From Thermoplasmata archaeon (GTDB lineage Archaea > Thermoplasmatota > Thermoplasmata > Lutacidiplasmatales > UBA184), in the NCBI GenBank assembly GCA_046704665.1, contig JBJKRJ010000007.1:3024-67023 (forward strand): a stretch of 64,000 nt of DNA, written 5' to 3'. The notes beneath the pieces were generated by a model. The model made no database searches, was not told the origin of the DNA, and worked only from the letters and a program-made list of their open reading frames with translations. A program made the position numbers and the translations under genes. Of this stretch, positions 22,262 to 31,703 are shown in pieces. Positions within the stretch are counted from its first letter, which is position 1; each line of letters begins with the position of its first letter.

Positions 22262-23017
22262 GTGGCCGAGGGAGAGTTCTGCGTGGTCTGCGGGGCCACC
22301 GATCGTCCGCTGGAGGGCGGCGTGTGCCCCCCGTGTGCGGTCGAGCGGACGGTACTCGTTCGCTCCCGTCGCCACGGTTCCGTGGTCCTGTGCCCCCACT
22401 GCGGGGCCCGCGAGGCAGGGGGTCATTGGGAGCGTGCCGGTGCCAGTCACCTCCTGACGGCCGAGGACCTGGTCCCGTTCCTCGAGGTCCATCCCGAGGC
22501 GGGGATCCGCCGGACCCGCTGGGAGGAGGTCGCCCACTCCGCGAACCAGCGAGAGCTCCGGGGGAGATTTCATGTCGTGTTCCGGGGCGAGCCTCGGGAC
22601 GTGGAGGTCCCTCTCACCGTTCAGGTGGTGTCCCGCAGCTGCCCCGAGTGCAGCCGGAAGAGCGGGCGGTACTACACGGCGATCGTCCAGCTCCGCGGGC
22701 CGTCCGACCGCCTGCGAGAGAATCCGCGGACGCTACGGGACCGTCTCGAGAAGTACTGGTCACGGCTCTTGCGGGAGGCCCGTCCCGAGTGGCGGAAAGC
22801 GCTCTCCTGGCAGGAGGAGCGGCCCGAAGGCTGGGATTGCTTCTTCACCGAGACCCTCCCGGCCCGGGCGATCTCGAAGCTCGCGAAGCAGAAGTTCGGC
22901 GTCTCGGTCAAGGAGTCCGCGAGCCTCTTCGGCCGGCGGCACGGTCAGGAAGTGTACCGGGTCACGTTCTGTCTGCGATTCCCGCCCGCGGCTTCGGACG
23001 CGCCCCGGGCGGCCTAG
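22262..23017 (+). CDS. nmd3: NMD3-family ribosome-associated protein
   Basis: FCVVCG..C..C, CPHCG, CPECSRKSGRYYTAIVQLR, YRVTFCLR. Confidence 0.88.
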   Translation: MAEGEFCVVCGATDRPLEGGVCPPCAVERTVLVRSRRHGSVVLCPHCGAREAGGHWERAGASHLLTAEDLVPFLEVHPEAGIRRTRWEEVAHSANQRELRGRFHVVFRGEPRDVEVPLTVQVVSRSCPECSRKSGRYYTAIVQLRGPSDRLRENPRTLRDRLEKYWSRLLREARPEWRKALSWQEERPEGWDCFFTETLPARAISKLAKQKFGVSVKESASLFGRRHGQEVYRVTFCLRFPPAASDAPRAA

Positions 23018-23099
23018 CGCGAGGAAAGCTCCCGCGGTACGCTCCGCCCGGGAGAGAACGAGGGGCCCTCCGGAGAAGCCAGCCCCTCGTGCGGGGGCG

Positions 23100-23661
23100 C
23101 TACTGCATCGGTGTCTGATCGCTCGCGGTCGCAAGGACCCACCCTTGGATGTCCACTCCGACCACGGTCATCTGGAACGAGTACAGGCGCGGACCTGCCG
23201 TGAACGAGAAGTTCCCGGTCGTCCCGCTCTGACAGAAGGGGGCGTTCGTCAGTCCCACGACCGATAGGTTCGAGGTGGAACCCGACGGGCCCGACCAGGT
23301 CACGGTGACCCGTACCCCCGAGGGGTAGCGCCAGGCCCAGTCGAAGACGGCAGATCCGTTGACACCCCCCGATATGCTCGCCGAGAAGTGACGAGTGTGG
23401 CCCACGGGGATCGTCGCCAGGACGAGGAATACCGCCCCTACGATCACCACGGCCGCGATGAGTCCGATTCCGACGGCGCTGCGGAAGAAGCCGGGACGGT
23501 GCGTGGGCCGACCTCCCTGGGTGTCAGCGGCGACGGTCCCCGGCATCGGAGCGGCCGCGACAGCCGGTCCCGCCCCGCCCCCCACCGCTCCCGCACTGTG
23601 TGCAGAATCTCCTACCGGGGGCGAGTAGATGGCCGCACCATACGCAATACCCCCCGGCCAT
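23100..23661 (-). pseudogene. Double-zinc-ribbon single-pass membrane protein split by a frameshift
   Basis: ATG 23661 frame reads MAGGYCVWCGHLLAPGRRFCTQCG and stops at 23524; linker, TM helix and extracellular beta domain are in another frame ending at 23100; the frames switch around the G6 run at 23578-23583. Confidence 0.65.
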
Positions 23662-24011
23662 CGGGCCGTCGAGTAGCTCCGGAGTATTCTATCCTGCGGC
23701 CGCCGCCCCGAATTGGGCCCAAGACGTACGCTCCTCCGAGCAAACGCCGAACGGCCAGCGAGAGCACCGGGCCTTCGCTCTGCCTTCGGGTCCTCCGCGG
23801 AGTCCCTCCCGACCCGGCCGACGGCACTTCCGGGGACGGGCGTTCGGGGACCGCCCCTACCGAGACGACCCGCGACCGCGCGATGGGGGCGCCGCGAGGC
23901 CCGGCGGTCCGGACGCTCCCCGCCCGGATTGACGGGGCGCTCTCGAGAGTGGAACCATAAACTTAAGAATCGACTCCGGCCTCGAGCCTCTCGGAAGCGG
24001 GGCGCGTCTCC

Positions 24012-24392
24012 ATGATGAAGAAAAGCGGAATCCTCCGGCGACACCACGGTTCGGACACGTTGGAAGAGGGGTCGTTCCTTGACCTCGGAGCGATGCAGTT
24101 CGAGGACGAGGCGGGTGCGCTTACGGGCACGAAGGGAACCGTCCGGCTCGCCGAGATCATCCGGTTCGAGGACCTCCACGAGGTGACGAAGCTCGCCTAC
24201 CAGGGTGACATCGTCCTCCTCGACTACACGTCGATCGCCAACGACCAGATCGCGGTGAAGAGGATGAGCGTCGACCTGAAGAACGTCGCCAAGGACACCG
24301 GCGGCGACGTCGCGGGGATCGCGAAGAACCTTCTCGCGATCACGCCGGCCGGCATTCGTATCGATCGCCAGAAGATCCGACCGTCGTTCTAG
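24012..24392 (+). CDS. sepF: Cell division protein SepF
   Basis: GDIVLLD ... L...AKDTGGDVAGI..N....TP.GIRIDR.KIR. Confidence 0.88.
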   Translation: MMKKSGILRRHHGSDTLEEGSFLDLGAMQFEDEAGALTGTKGTVRLAEIIRFEDLHEVTKLAYQGDIVLLDYTSIANDQIAVKRMSVDLKNVAKDTGGDVAGIAKNLLAITPAGIRIDRQKIRPSF

Positions 24393-24407
24393 GCCCGTCG
24401 CCCAGCC

Positions 24408-25937
24408 ATGAAGGTCCTCGTGGACCGGCGGGACGGCCTTACGGCAACGTCCGACGCCGTGGTGACTGGAGTGTTCGAGCGTCCGGAAAAGGACGATACG
24501 TTCCCCCATGCGCTCGTCAAGGAGGACGAGGCCTCGAAGGGGCTCGTCCGTGCGGCGTGGGAGAAGAAGGAGATCCGAGGAAAGCCGACCGAAGTGACGG
24601 TCGTCCATCGCGCGGACGGAAAAGGACGCCTGATCCTCGTGGGGCTCGGCCCCCGGGCGAAGTACTCCGCCGACACGGCCCGCCGCGCGGCGGCGGTCGC
24701 GGTGCGGAACGTTCGCGGGAAGGGGGTTCGCACGCTCGGGTTCCGTCTTTCGTCGTTCGTCTACGAGTCCACGACCTCCGACGCGGCGGCGCGGGCCCTG
24801 ACGGACGGTGCCGTACTGGGGGCCTACCAGTTCGTCCGGTACAAGTCGAAGTCCGAAGGGACCGCGGAGGAGGTGACGGTCCACCTTGGCGAAGAGCTGG
24901 GGCGGGATGAGGCCGTCCTGAAGAAGGCGGTCGCCGAGGAGCTCACGATCACGGACATCGTGATCTGGACGCGCGAGATCGCGAACCTGCCGGCCGATAC
25001 GGCGACCCCGGAACGGCTCGCGGAAGAGGCACGCTCCCTGGGTAAGGAGGCCGGTCTCAAGGTCACGGTCTTCGACGAGAAGAAGCTCGCCGAGATGCAT
25101 TGTGGCGGGCTCCTCGCGGTCGGGGGCGGCTCCTCCCATCCCCCTCGCATGATCGTCCTCGAGTATCCCGGTGGCTCGAAGCGGGGACGGACGGTCGCGG
25201 TCGTCGGGAAGGGGATCACGTTCGATTCCGGCGGGATCTCGATCAAACCGTCCGCCAGCATGTCCCACATGAAGTTCGACAAGTCGGGGGCGGTCGCCGT
25301 CCTCGGCATCCTTCGGGCCGCGGCGGCCCTCAAGGTCGCCCCGCGGGTCGTCGGGGTGCTCTGCGCGGCCGAGAACCTCCCCGGCGGCAGCGCCTACCGA
25401 CCGGGGGATGTCGTCCGTACCTACTCCGGGAAGACGATCGAGGTCCTCAACACGGACGCGGAGGGCCGGGTCGTCCTGTCGGATGGCCTCGGCTACGTCG
25501 TCCAGGAGTACAAACCGGACGAGGTGATCGACCTCGCCACCCTTACCGGCGCCGAGGTCGTCGCGCTCGGGGACGATACGGCGGGGCTCGTGGCGACCGA
25601 CGACCGGCTCGCCCAGGGCCTGCTCGCCGCATCCGCCTCCACGGGCGAACCGGTCTGGAGGATGCCGCTGACCGACTACCATCGCGAGCTCGTGAAGAGC
25701 GAGATCGCCGACGTACGGAACTCCACGGAGATCCGCGTCGCCGGGATGCTGACGGCGGCGGCGTTCCTCGAGACGTTCGTCGGCAGTACGCCCTGGGCCC
25801 ACCTCGACATCGCCGGGCCTGCCTACACGACGCTCACCACCCGGAAGTACCAGCCCCAGTACCAGAACGCCGGGGCGACCGCGTTCGGGGTACGCCTGGT
25901 GACCCGGTACCTCATGGACTCGGCGCGGGGCAGCTAG
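24408..25937 (+). CDS. pepA: Leucyl aminopeptidase (M17)
   Basis: VGKGITFDSGG..IK, MKFDKSGA, NTDAEGR, DLATLTGA, WAHLDIAG. Confidence 0.95.
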   Translation: MKVLVDRRDGLTATSDAVVTGVFERPEKDDTFPHALVKEDEASKGLVRAAWEKKEIRGKPTEVTVVHRADGKGRLILVGLGPRAKYSADTARRAAAVAVRNVRGKGVRTLGFRLSSFVYESTTSDAAARALTDGAVLGAYQFVRYKSKSEGTAEEVTVHLGEELGRDEAVLKKAVAEELTITDIVIWTREIANLPADTATPERLAEEARSLGKEAGLKVTVFDEKKLAEMHCGGLLAVGGGSSHPPRMIVLEYPGGSKRGRTVAVVGKGITFDSGGISIKPSASMSHMKFDKSGAVAVLGILRAAAALKVAPRVVGVLCAAENLPGGSAYRPGDVVRTYSGKTIEVLNTDAEGRVVLSDGLGYVVQEYKPDEVIDLATLTGAEVVALGDDTAGLVATDDRLAQGLLAASASTGEPVWRMPLTDYHRELVKSEIADVRNSTEIRVAGMLTAAAFLETFVGSTPWAHLDIAGPAYTTLTTRKYQPQYQNAGATAFGVRLVTRYLMDSARGS

Positions 25938-26032
25938 CCCAGCGGACCGGTCCGCGGCGGCCCACCTACCTACCGGTCCGTCCCGCCAGGACCGTCCGAC
26001 CGGAGGTCTTCGGCCGCCGAGGGGGGCTTCCG

Positions 26033-27493
26033 TCAGGCGGCAACGATCTGCACGCTCTCACCACCGTGCCGGGTGGCGCGCGGACGGACCTCGCAGAAGA
26101 GGGGGCTGTGATAGCCACCCCCCGTGATGAGCGCGACCCCGACGGGAAGGGACTGGATCATCTCGGTCATGCCCGCGGTGAGCCCCTCGATCGACTGGGA
26201 GATCGCCTTCAGGTCGAGAGGGTTGGTCACCTGCAGGATGAGCTGCGTGTTGCACTGGGAAAGGACGCTCTTGTCGATCCGGGCGGCCCGCTGAGTGACG
26301 ACGCAGAGTCCGAGGCCGAACTTCCGGCCCTCGCTCGCGATGTTCTTCAGGATCCGCGAACAGGTCGCGGTCCCCTGCTGAGGGGCGAAGTTGTGCGCCT
26401 CCTCGATGACGAGGAAGAGCGGCGGGATCTTGTCCTTCTTGCGGTTGTCGAAGAGGGTCGTGGCGATCCGCGCGACGACCAGCTCCTGGACGTCCGGGGC
26501 GACCCCGCGCAGATTGATCAAGGTCGCCTCGCCGCGTTTCACGAGGTCGTTGAGACTCGTGCCGACCGGACCGAGGAGCTTCGTCTGTTCCACGTACTCG
26601 AGCCGCTCGTGGAGCGTCTCGGCGACCGGTCCTTCCCCGCTCTCGGCCGCGCGCACGAGGTCTCGGATCGTGAAGTCCGGGTTCGCGGAGGAGACCCGGT
26701 CGATGAGCGACTTCAGCGGGGCCAGGAACGTCTTGACGTTCGTCAGCCCCATGAAGACGAGCAGCTCCCGCGGGTCGATGTGGCGCAGCGAGAAGGTGAG
26801 GGGCTTGGCGCTCGGGTTCAGCGAGACGTCGGGAGAGTATTCCTGGAGGTGGCGGGCGAATCCCTGCGGCTCCACGCTGAAGCGTGCGTGCACCCCGTTC
26901 TTCTCGGCCGGGAACCGAAGGGAACCGTACTCCCCGTGCGGATCGATGATCACGCACGTCACCTTGTGCCGGAGGAGCTCCTCGATGAGGTCACCGAGCA
27001 GGTAGCTCTTCCCCCCGCCGGTCTTGGCGAGGACGCTCACGTGGCGCTGGACGAGCTGGTTGATGTCCAGTTCGACCCGGAGGCCGTGGTTGCGCAGAAG
27101 CCCCACGTAGGCCCCGCTGTTCGCCCGATGCTTGAGGCCGAGGACCTCGGCGATGAGCGGCTCCTCGGCCCGATAGACGCGGGCGCCGGGGCGGAACGGG
27201 AGGGTGGGGATCTTGACGAGACCCTGCCCGTCCCGGTACCCTATGATGCGGGCGATGCCGAGGAGGTTCTCGTGGATGGCGGTCTCGTCGGTCCCCTCGA
27301 CGGCCCCGGCCTTCTCGAGATCGAAGTCGCTCTTGCGCTTGAGGTCGTCCAACTGGCACAGGACCCGGCCGTGGAGCTCGTCCTCGACCGCGAGGTAGTC
27401 CCCTCGCTCGACCGGGTGGGCGAGGTTCAGCTGGAACTGACCCAGTCCGACGTCGCCGAAGATCCGGCCGACCTCCTGCACAACCGCAATCAT
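26033..27493 (-). CDS. HerA/FtsK-like ATPase (HAS barrel + DUF87)
   Basis: RHVSVLAKTGGGKSY, IIDPHGEY, IEEAHNFAP, EGRKFGLGL..VTQR, SQCNT. Confidence 0.9.
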   Translation of the reverse strand: MIAVVQEVGRIFGDVGLGQFQLNLAHPVERGDYLAVEDELHGRVLCQLDDLKRKSDFDLEKAGAVEGTDETAIHENLLGIARIIGYRDGQGLVKIPTLPFRPGARVYRAEEPLIAEVLGLKHRANSGAYVGLLRNHGLRVELDINQLVQRHVSVLAKTGGGKSYLLGDLIEELLRHKVTCVIIDPHGEYGSLRFPAEKNGVHARFSVEPQGFARHLQEYSPDVSLNPSAKPLTFSLRHIDPRELLVFMGLTNVKTFLAPLKSLIDRVSSANPDFTIRDLVRAAESGEGPVAETLHERLEYVEQTKLLGPVGTSLNDLVKRGEATLINLRGVAPDVQELVVARIATTLFDNRKKDKIPPLFLVIEEAHNFAPQQGTATCSRILKNIASEGRKFGLGLCVVTQRAARIDKSVLSQCNTQLILQVTNPLDLKAISQSIEGLTAGMTEMIQSLPVGVALITGGGYHSPLFCEVRPRATRHGGESVQIVAA

Positions 27494-27557
27494 CGGGAGG
27501 TCGGCATATTAGACTGACGTGGCAAGAGAAGCGCGAGCGGGCACCGTCCCGGAAGCC

Positions 27558-27564
27558 TTTATAT
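27558..27564. promoter_or_regulatory. TATA box (TTTATAT) in the divergent gap between the HerA-like and coiled-coil genes
   Basis: Canonical archaeal TATA in GC-rich context. Confidence 0.5.
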
Positions 27565-27625
27565 CGAACGCGCCCGTGAAACCGCTCCCCGACCGGGAGA
27601 CTCCCCGGCGCGCGGCGGTGGCCCT

Positions 27626-28489
27626 TTGAGCGACGCAACCGAGGAGCTGGAAAAACGACGCGCGGAGTCGAACTCCCGCGCCGACGAGGCGCGGGCTCGC
27701 CGCGACCGGCTGAACGCCGAGGCGCGCGCCACGGCCGAGGAACGCTCGCGGATCCTCGACCAGCTTCACGAGCAGAGCGCCGGGGCCCAGGAGCACCGCC
27801 ACCATCGGGACGAGCTCAACGCCCAGGTGCGCGAGGCGAAACGTCTGCGGGAAGAGTGGAACCACAAGCTCCAGGAGCTCGGAGACAAGGTCCAAGATCT
27901 CCGGCGCGCCCGCACCCCGAGGACCGGTGCCGTCCCCGTCTGGCGGCTTCGCAAGGAGCTCAAAGAGCTCGAGTTCCGCCACATGACGACCGCGCTGACG
28001 GGTGATCAGGAGAAGCGCCTCGTGGAGGAGATGAAACGTCTCGAGGCGGCGATCCGGGAGCAGGACGAGCAGCTCCGGCAGGATCCCGAGGTCGAGCAGA
28101 CGCTCCAGGCGTTCCAGGAGGCCCGGGACGAGGCCGAGAAGCACCACGCGGCCGTCGGTCAGTTCGCGGAGGAAGCCCAGCGCGAGCACGAAGCGATGGT
28201 CACGCTGTACGAAGGGGTCGACGAGCTCCGCCGGCAGGCGGACGACGTCCAGACGAAGCTCCTCGAGGTGAAGGGTCAGGCCGACGAGGCGCACCGTGAG
28301 CACATCGCGGCGATCGAGGAGGTGCGCGACATCGAAAAGCTCCTGTACGCTGCACGCGGGGGCCGCGCGCCCTCGGCCTGGGGCGAGGTCGAGCCCCCCC
28401 GCGAGGAAGATTTCCTCGCGCGCCTGAAGAAAGGCGAGAAGGTCTCGACCGAGGACCTTCTCGAGCTCCAGAAGAGCGGTCGCGGCTGA
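27626..28489 (+). CDS. Archaeal coiled-coil protein (COG1340-like)
   Basis: Long heptad E/R/Q-rich helix; RDELN, LEFRHMT..L....EK.LV, C-terminal LKKGEKVSTEDLL. Confidence 0.85.
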   Translation: MSDATEELEKRRAESNSRADEARARRDRLNAEARATAEERSRILDQLHEQSAGAQEHRHHRDELNAQVREAKRLREEWNHKLQELGDKVQDLRRARTPRTGAVPVWRLRKELKELEFRHMTTALTGDQEKRLVEEMKRLEAAIREQDEQLRQDPEVEQTLQAFQEARDEAEKHHAAVGQFAEEAQREHEAMVTLYEGVDELRRQADDVQTKLLEVKGQADEAHREHIAAIEEVRDIEKLLYAARGGRAPSAWGEVEPPREEDFLARLKKGEKVSTEDLLELQKSGRG

Positions 28490-28501
28490 TCCGGAGTCCC
28501 T

Positions 28502-29257
28502 GTGGCGCTTCGGCTGGGCGACAGCGAGGTCGACGGGGTCCTGTTCGACCTGGACGACGTGGTGGTGCCGTTCCACACCCCCGCGATGTGGCAGTGGGCC
28601 TGGCGGCCCCAGGGGCCCCTGATCGGCGAGCGGAGGGTCCGCGTAGCGGTACGCCGCTCGCTCAAGGCCTGGGACCGCCGCCGGTGGCTAGGGCTCACCG
28701 GCAAAGCACCGCCGACCGACCTCGCGGCCCTCCGGGAGCATCTCGCCGATACCCTGCGGGCGATCGCCGGCCATTCGCTTCCGATTGCCGAGACCGAGGC
28801 GGTCGTCCGACGCGTTCTCCGGCCCGCCGGAGAGGTCGAGCGGTACGAGGACGTCTCTCCCGCGTTCGGGCGGCTGAAGGAGAAGGATGTGCGGCTCGGT
28901 ATCACGACCCCCCTCCCCGCAGAGACGGCGCGATGGCTCGTGCGCCGGGTCGGTCTCTCGGAGGAACTCGTGCTCCTTACCGGCGATTCGGAGGGTCCGG
29001 CGCTTCCCGACCGGTCCGCGTTCCGGTCGGTGGCCGAGCGACTCGGGGTCCCGGTGGCCCGGACCGCCTTCGTGGGCGACCTCTTCTGGAGCGACGTACG
29101 CGCCGCGGCACGGGCGGGACTCCGGGCCGTCCTGCTCGATCGTCATGAGGGATGGCCCAAGGTCCTCTCCGGTCGCATGACGTCGCTGGACGCCCTGGAG
29201 TCGACGTTTGTCGCCGGGGAGGCGGCCACCGGAGACGACGGGGCCGAGACGTCGTGA
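28502..29257 (+). CDS. HAD-superfamily hydrolase
   Basis: LFDLDDVV motif I; FVGDLFWSDV motif IV. Confidence 0.85.
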   Translation: MALRLGDSEVDGVLFDLDDVVVPFHTPAMWQWAWRPQGPLIGERRVRVAVRRSLKAWDRRRWLGLTGKAPPTDLAALREHLADTLRAIAGHSLPIAETEAVVRRVLRPAGEVERYEDVSPAFGRLKEKDVRLGITTPLPAETARWLVRRVGLSEELVLLTGDSEGPALPDRSAFRSVAERLGVPVARTAFVGDLFWSDVRAAARAGLRAVLLDRHEGWPKVLSGRMTSLDALESTFVAGEAATGDDGAETS

Positions 29258-29279
29258 ACGACGTCCGTCATTGCATACA

Positions 29280-29285
29280 TTTATA
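29280..29285 (+). promoter_or_regulatory. TATA box (TTTATA) of the V4R-roadblock operon
   Basis: About 28 nt upstream of ATG 29313, consistent with a leaderless transcript. Confidence 0.6.
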
Positions 29286-29312
29286 CCCGGGTCGGCGGTG
29301 ACGGCCCCCGAC

Positions 29313-29714
29313 ATGCGTTCGGTCAAAGTCGATCAGGCCGAGCTCCGACTGATCAAGGAGCTCTACGAGGGTGTGATGTCCCACGCGTGCCACGGCCTTT
29401 TTTTCAAGGAAGGTTCGGTCATCGGCTCCGGCATGGCCGAGGAGGCGCTCAAGGAGCGCCCGAAGTTCTTCGAGCGGGCCGGGCACATCCTCAAAGAGCG
29501 CGGTTGGGTGGAAGAGATCACCTTCGAAGACCACGAAGTCATCGTCAAGGGATCGATCGAGGTCAGCCCGAGCGATATCCCTACGTGCCACCGGCTCCGG
29601 GGCATGCTGCGCGAGTTCTACGAACGTTTTAAGGGGGGGCGCGTTAAATGTACCGAGGAGATGTGCGCCAGTACCGGGACTGGCGAATGCCATTTCCGAG
29701 TCGAGGAGCTGTAG
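29313..29714 (+). CDS. V4R (4-vinyl-reductase)-like domain protein
   Basis: EG...G, RGW, CH..RG......E, E..C...G...C.F motif. Confidence 0.8.
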   Translation: MRSVKVDQAELRLIKELYEGVMSHACHGLFFKEGSVIGSGMAEEALKERPKFFERAGHILKERGWVEEITFEDHEVIVKGSIEVSPSDIPTCHRLRGMLREFYERFKGGRVKCTEEMCASTGTGECHFRVEEL

Positions 29715-29730
29715 GCAGGGCGGACAAACG

Positions 29731-30090
29731 ATGATGGCAACGGGAAACGTGGGAGCGGTGGTCAAAGACCTTAAGGCCCGCATCGCGGGCATCGCGACGG
29801 CCCTCGTCTCTCGGGACGGCCTCGTGCTCTACGCCGACGTCCCCGCCGGGGTCTACACCGAAACGTTCGCCATCATGTGCGCGACGATCCTGGGGGCGGC
29901 CGCCACCGCCAACACCGAGCTCAACCGGGCCCCTCCCGAGCGGATCGTTATCGAAGGGAACGACTCGAAGACGATCATCGTCGGCAGCGGCAAGAAGGCT
30001 CTCTTGGTCGCCGTCGTCGACCAGACCGCCGAGCTCTCGAAGGTTCTCGGCGAGGTTGTGAAGGTCGCGGACCTCCTCAAGGCGAACTAG
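29731..30090 (+). CDS. Roadblock/LC7 domain protein
   Basis: ALVSRDGLVL, FAIMCATILGAA.....EL, IVIEG....II. Confidence 0.88.
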   Translation: MMATGNVGAVVKDLKARIAGIATALVSRDGLVLYADVPAGVYTETFAIMCATILGAAATANTELNRAPPERIVIEGNDSKTIIVGSGKKALLVAVVDQTAELSKVLGEVVKVADLLKAN

Positions 30091-30941
30091 ACCACGAGGG
30101 CATTCCGCCGGCCCGACGCGTCCTCTCGGGTCGTCAGGCGCGACGCGGTACCCGCAAGCACTCGGGCGCCGTATCCGGCCAGGGCGGCGGTGAGCCGGGC
30201 CCATGCGATGGGCCCTTTCTGACCGGCGAGCAGACGGCGGAGCCGGTACCGACCCCACAGGCTGCCGTGCTTCTCCGTGAGCTGCTTGCGCCCGTAGCCG
30301 TTCCAGAACGCCTGGTAGAGGAACCGGAGGAACGTGGTGCGCATGTGGTGTCGGACGACCGCGTCGTCGCGGTACGTGATGGCCGCGCCCGCACGCACGG
30401 CCCGCAGGTTGAGGTCGATGTCCTCGGCGGTGATGAACCGAGGGTCGAATCCGCCGAGACGCTCAAAAAGGTCGCGACGGTAGGCGAGGTTGCAGGACGG
30501 GTAGGTCACGTCGAACCCGCTCTGGAAGAGCTCGACGCGTTCGAGCTCCGCATAGTGGGTCTTCCCGATGTTCACGGTCCGTCCGGCGACCACCGGGGCG
30601 CTCCGAAGGCCGTCCCGGAATGCGTGGAGCCAATCGGCGTCCGCAAAACAATCCCCGTCCACAAAGGCGACGAAGTCGCCCCGGGCGGCCCGGACCGCGG
30701 TGTTCCGCCCGATCCCGCGGGAACCGGACCGACGGTAGACCCGGAACAGGTCCGGACGGCGTCGCGCGTACTCCGTCGCGATCTCGAATGTCCGGTCGCG
30801 ACTCTCGGCGTCGACGAGGACCACTTCGTACGGCCCCTCTTGAACGAGGAGGCTGTCGAGGAGCTGACGCAGGTGGCGTTCCTCGTTCCGAACGGTGATG
30901 ACGACCGAGATCAGGGCGCGACCCGATGGCTTACTTTCCAA
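30087..30941 (-). CDS. Glycosyltransferase family 2
   Basis: ISVVITVRNEE, VDAES.D.T, GRN, FVDGD, GGFD....AED.DL..R. Confidence 0.9.
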   Translation of the reverse strand: MESKPSGRALISVVITVRNEERHLRQLLDSLLVQEGPYEVVLVDAESRDRTFEIATEYARRRPDLFRVYRRSGSRGIGRNTAVRAARGDFVAFVDGDCFADADWLHAFRDGLRSAPVVAGRTVNIGKTHYAELERVELFQSGFDVTYPSCNLAYRRDLFERLGGFDPRFITAEDIDLNLRAVRAGAAITYRDDAVVRHHMRTTFLRFLYQAFWNGYGRKQLTEKHGSLWGRYRLRRLLAGQKGPIAWARLTAALAGYGARVLAGTASRLTTREDASGRRNALVV

Positions 30942-31173
30942 TGTCCATCACGACGACGTCCTTGACCGCGCGCATGCTCTTGAAGGGGAGCACGAGCCGT
31001 CCCGACGCGTCGCTCTGGAAGAGTCTCTGTTCGACGTCCTCGCTCGGCGTCACGAGGACGTGCGCAATCGCTCCGGTCATGGTATCGACGACGAAGTTGT
31101 CGATCAGTCCGAGGATCTGCCCGTCATTCGTCATCACGGTTTTGCCTCGGAGCTCGGTCAGGAACTTGCGCAT
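30931..31173 (-). CDS. PRC-barrel protein (CdpB-like cell division factor candidate)
   Basis: ELRGKTVMTNDG..LG.I.N.VVD..TG.I ... PF....AVKDVVV, 80 aa. Confidence 0.85.
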   Translation of the reverse strand: MRKFLTELRGKTVMTNDGQILGLIDNFVVDTMTGAIAHVLVTPSEDVEQRLFQSDASGRLVLPFKSMRAVKDVVVMDIGK

Positions 31174-31337
31174 GGAGGAGCCTCGCGGCGCAGATGGCGG
31201 AGGCGCGTATTTAATCGTTGGCGAATATCGGAAGCCGTCGCCGACGTCCCCGGTCGCCGAGCGGCGGGCGGGCCGGGCGACGGTTTCTCGGAGCGGCAAC
31301 GCTTATATCGGGCACCCGGGTCGGAGGCATCCCGCCC

Positions 31338-31703
31338 ATGGCCCCTCCCGTTCGAAAGCAGAACTCTGAGCTCGTCCGCTTAGTGGGCGAGCTTCGACGG
31401 ACCGCACGGACCACGCACGCGCCGATCTGGGCCGCGGTCGCGGACCGGCTCCAGCGACCCCGCCACCAGGTCACCCCCGTCAACGTGGGGCACCTCGAGC
31501 GGTTGGCCCAGGCCGAAGAGACGGTGGTCGTGCCCGGCAAGTTGCTCGCGGACGGCCGGCTCACGAAACGTCTCACGGTCGCCGCCTTCTCCTATTCCGC
31601 TGACGCGCGGTCGAAGGTGCACGCGGCCGGGGGTCAAACCCTGACGCTTCACGACCTCATGAAGTCCCGACCGGACGGCGCGGGGGTGCGACTCCTTGCC
31701 TGA
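31338..31703 (+). CDS. rpl18e: 50S ribosomal protein eL18
   Basis: IW..VA.RL.RP, VNV, VVVPGKLL..G, AAFSYS..A. Confidence 0.95.
   Translation: MAPPVRKQNSELVRLVGELRRTARTTHAPIWAAVADRLQRPRHQVTPVNVGHLERLAQAEETVVVPGKLLADGRLTKRLTVAAFSYSADARSKVHAAGGQTLTLHDLMKSRPDGAGVRLLA

Noticed and set aside
23058-23090. 9-bp inverted repeat ACGAGGGGC/GCCCCTCGT between convergent genes
   Set aside because: Could be a terminator hairpin, but it has no U-tract and such stems are common at this GC content.
23021-23246. GAGGAAAGCTCCC (23021) and ACAGAAGGGGGCG (about 23232) resemble the two conserved ends of RNase P RNA
   Set aside because: The P4 strands do not pair well, and most of the span is the antisense of a convincing protein-coding frame. 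An Infernal search with the archaeal RNase P model would settle it.
23670-23990. About 300-bp non-coding gap before sepF with several GC hairpins (SRP or other ncRNA?)
   Set aside because: No SRP helix-8, tRNA or C/D box motifs recognised.
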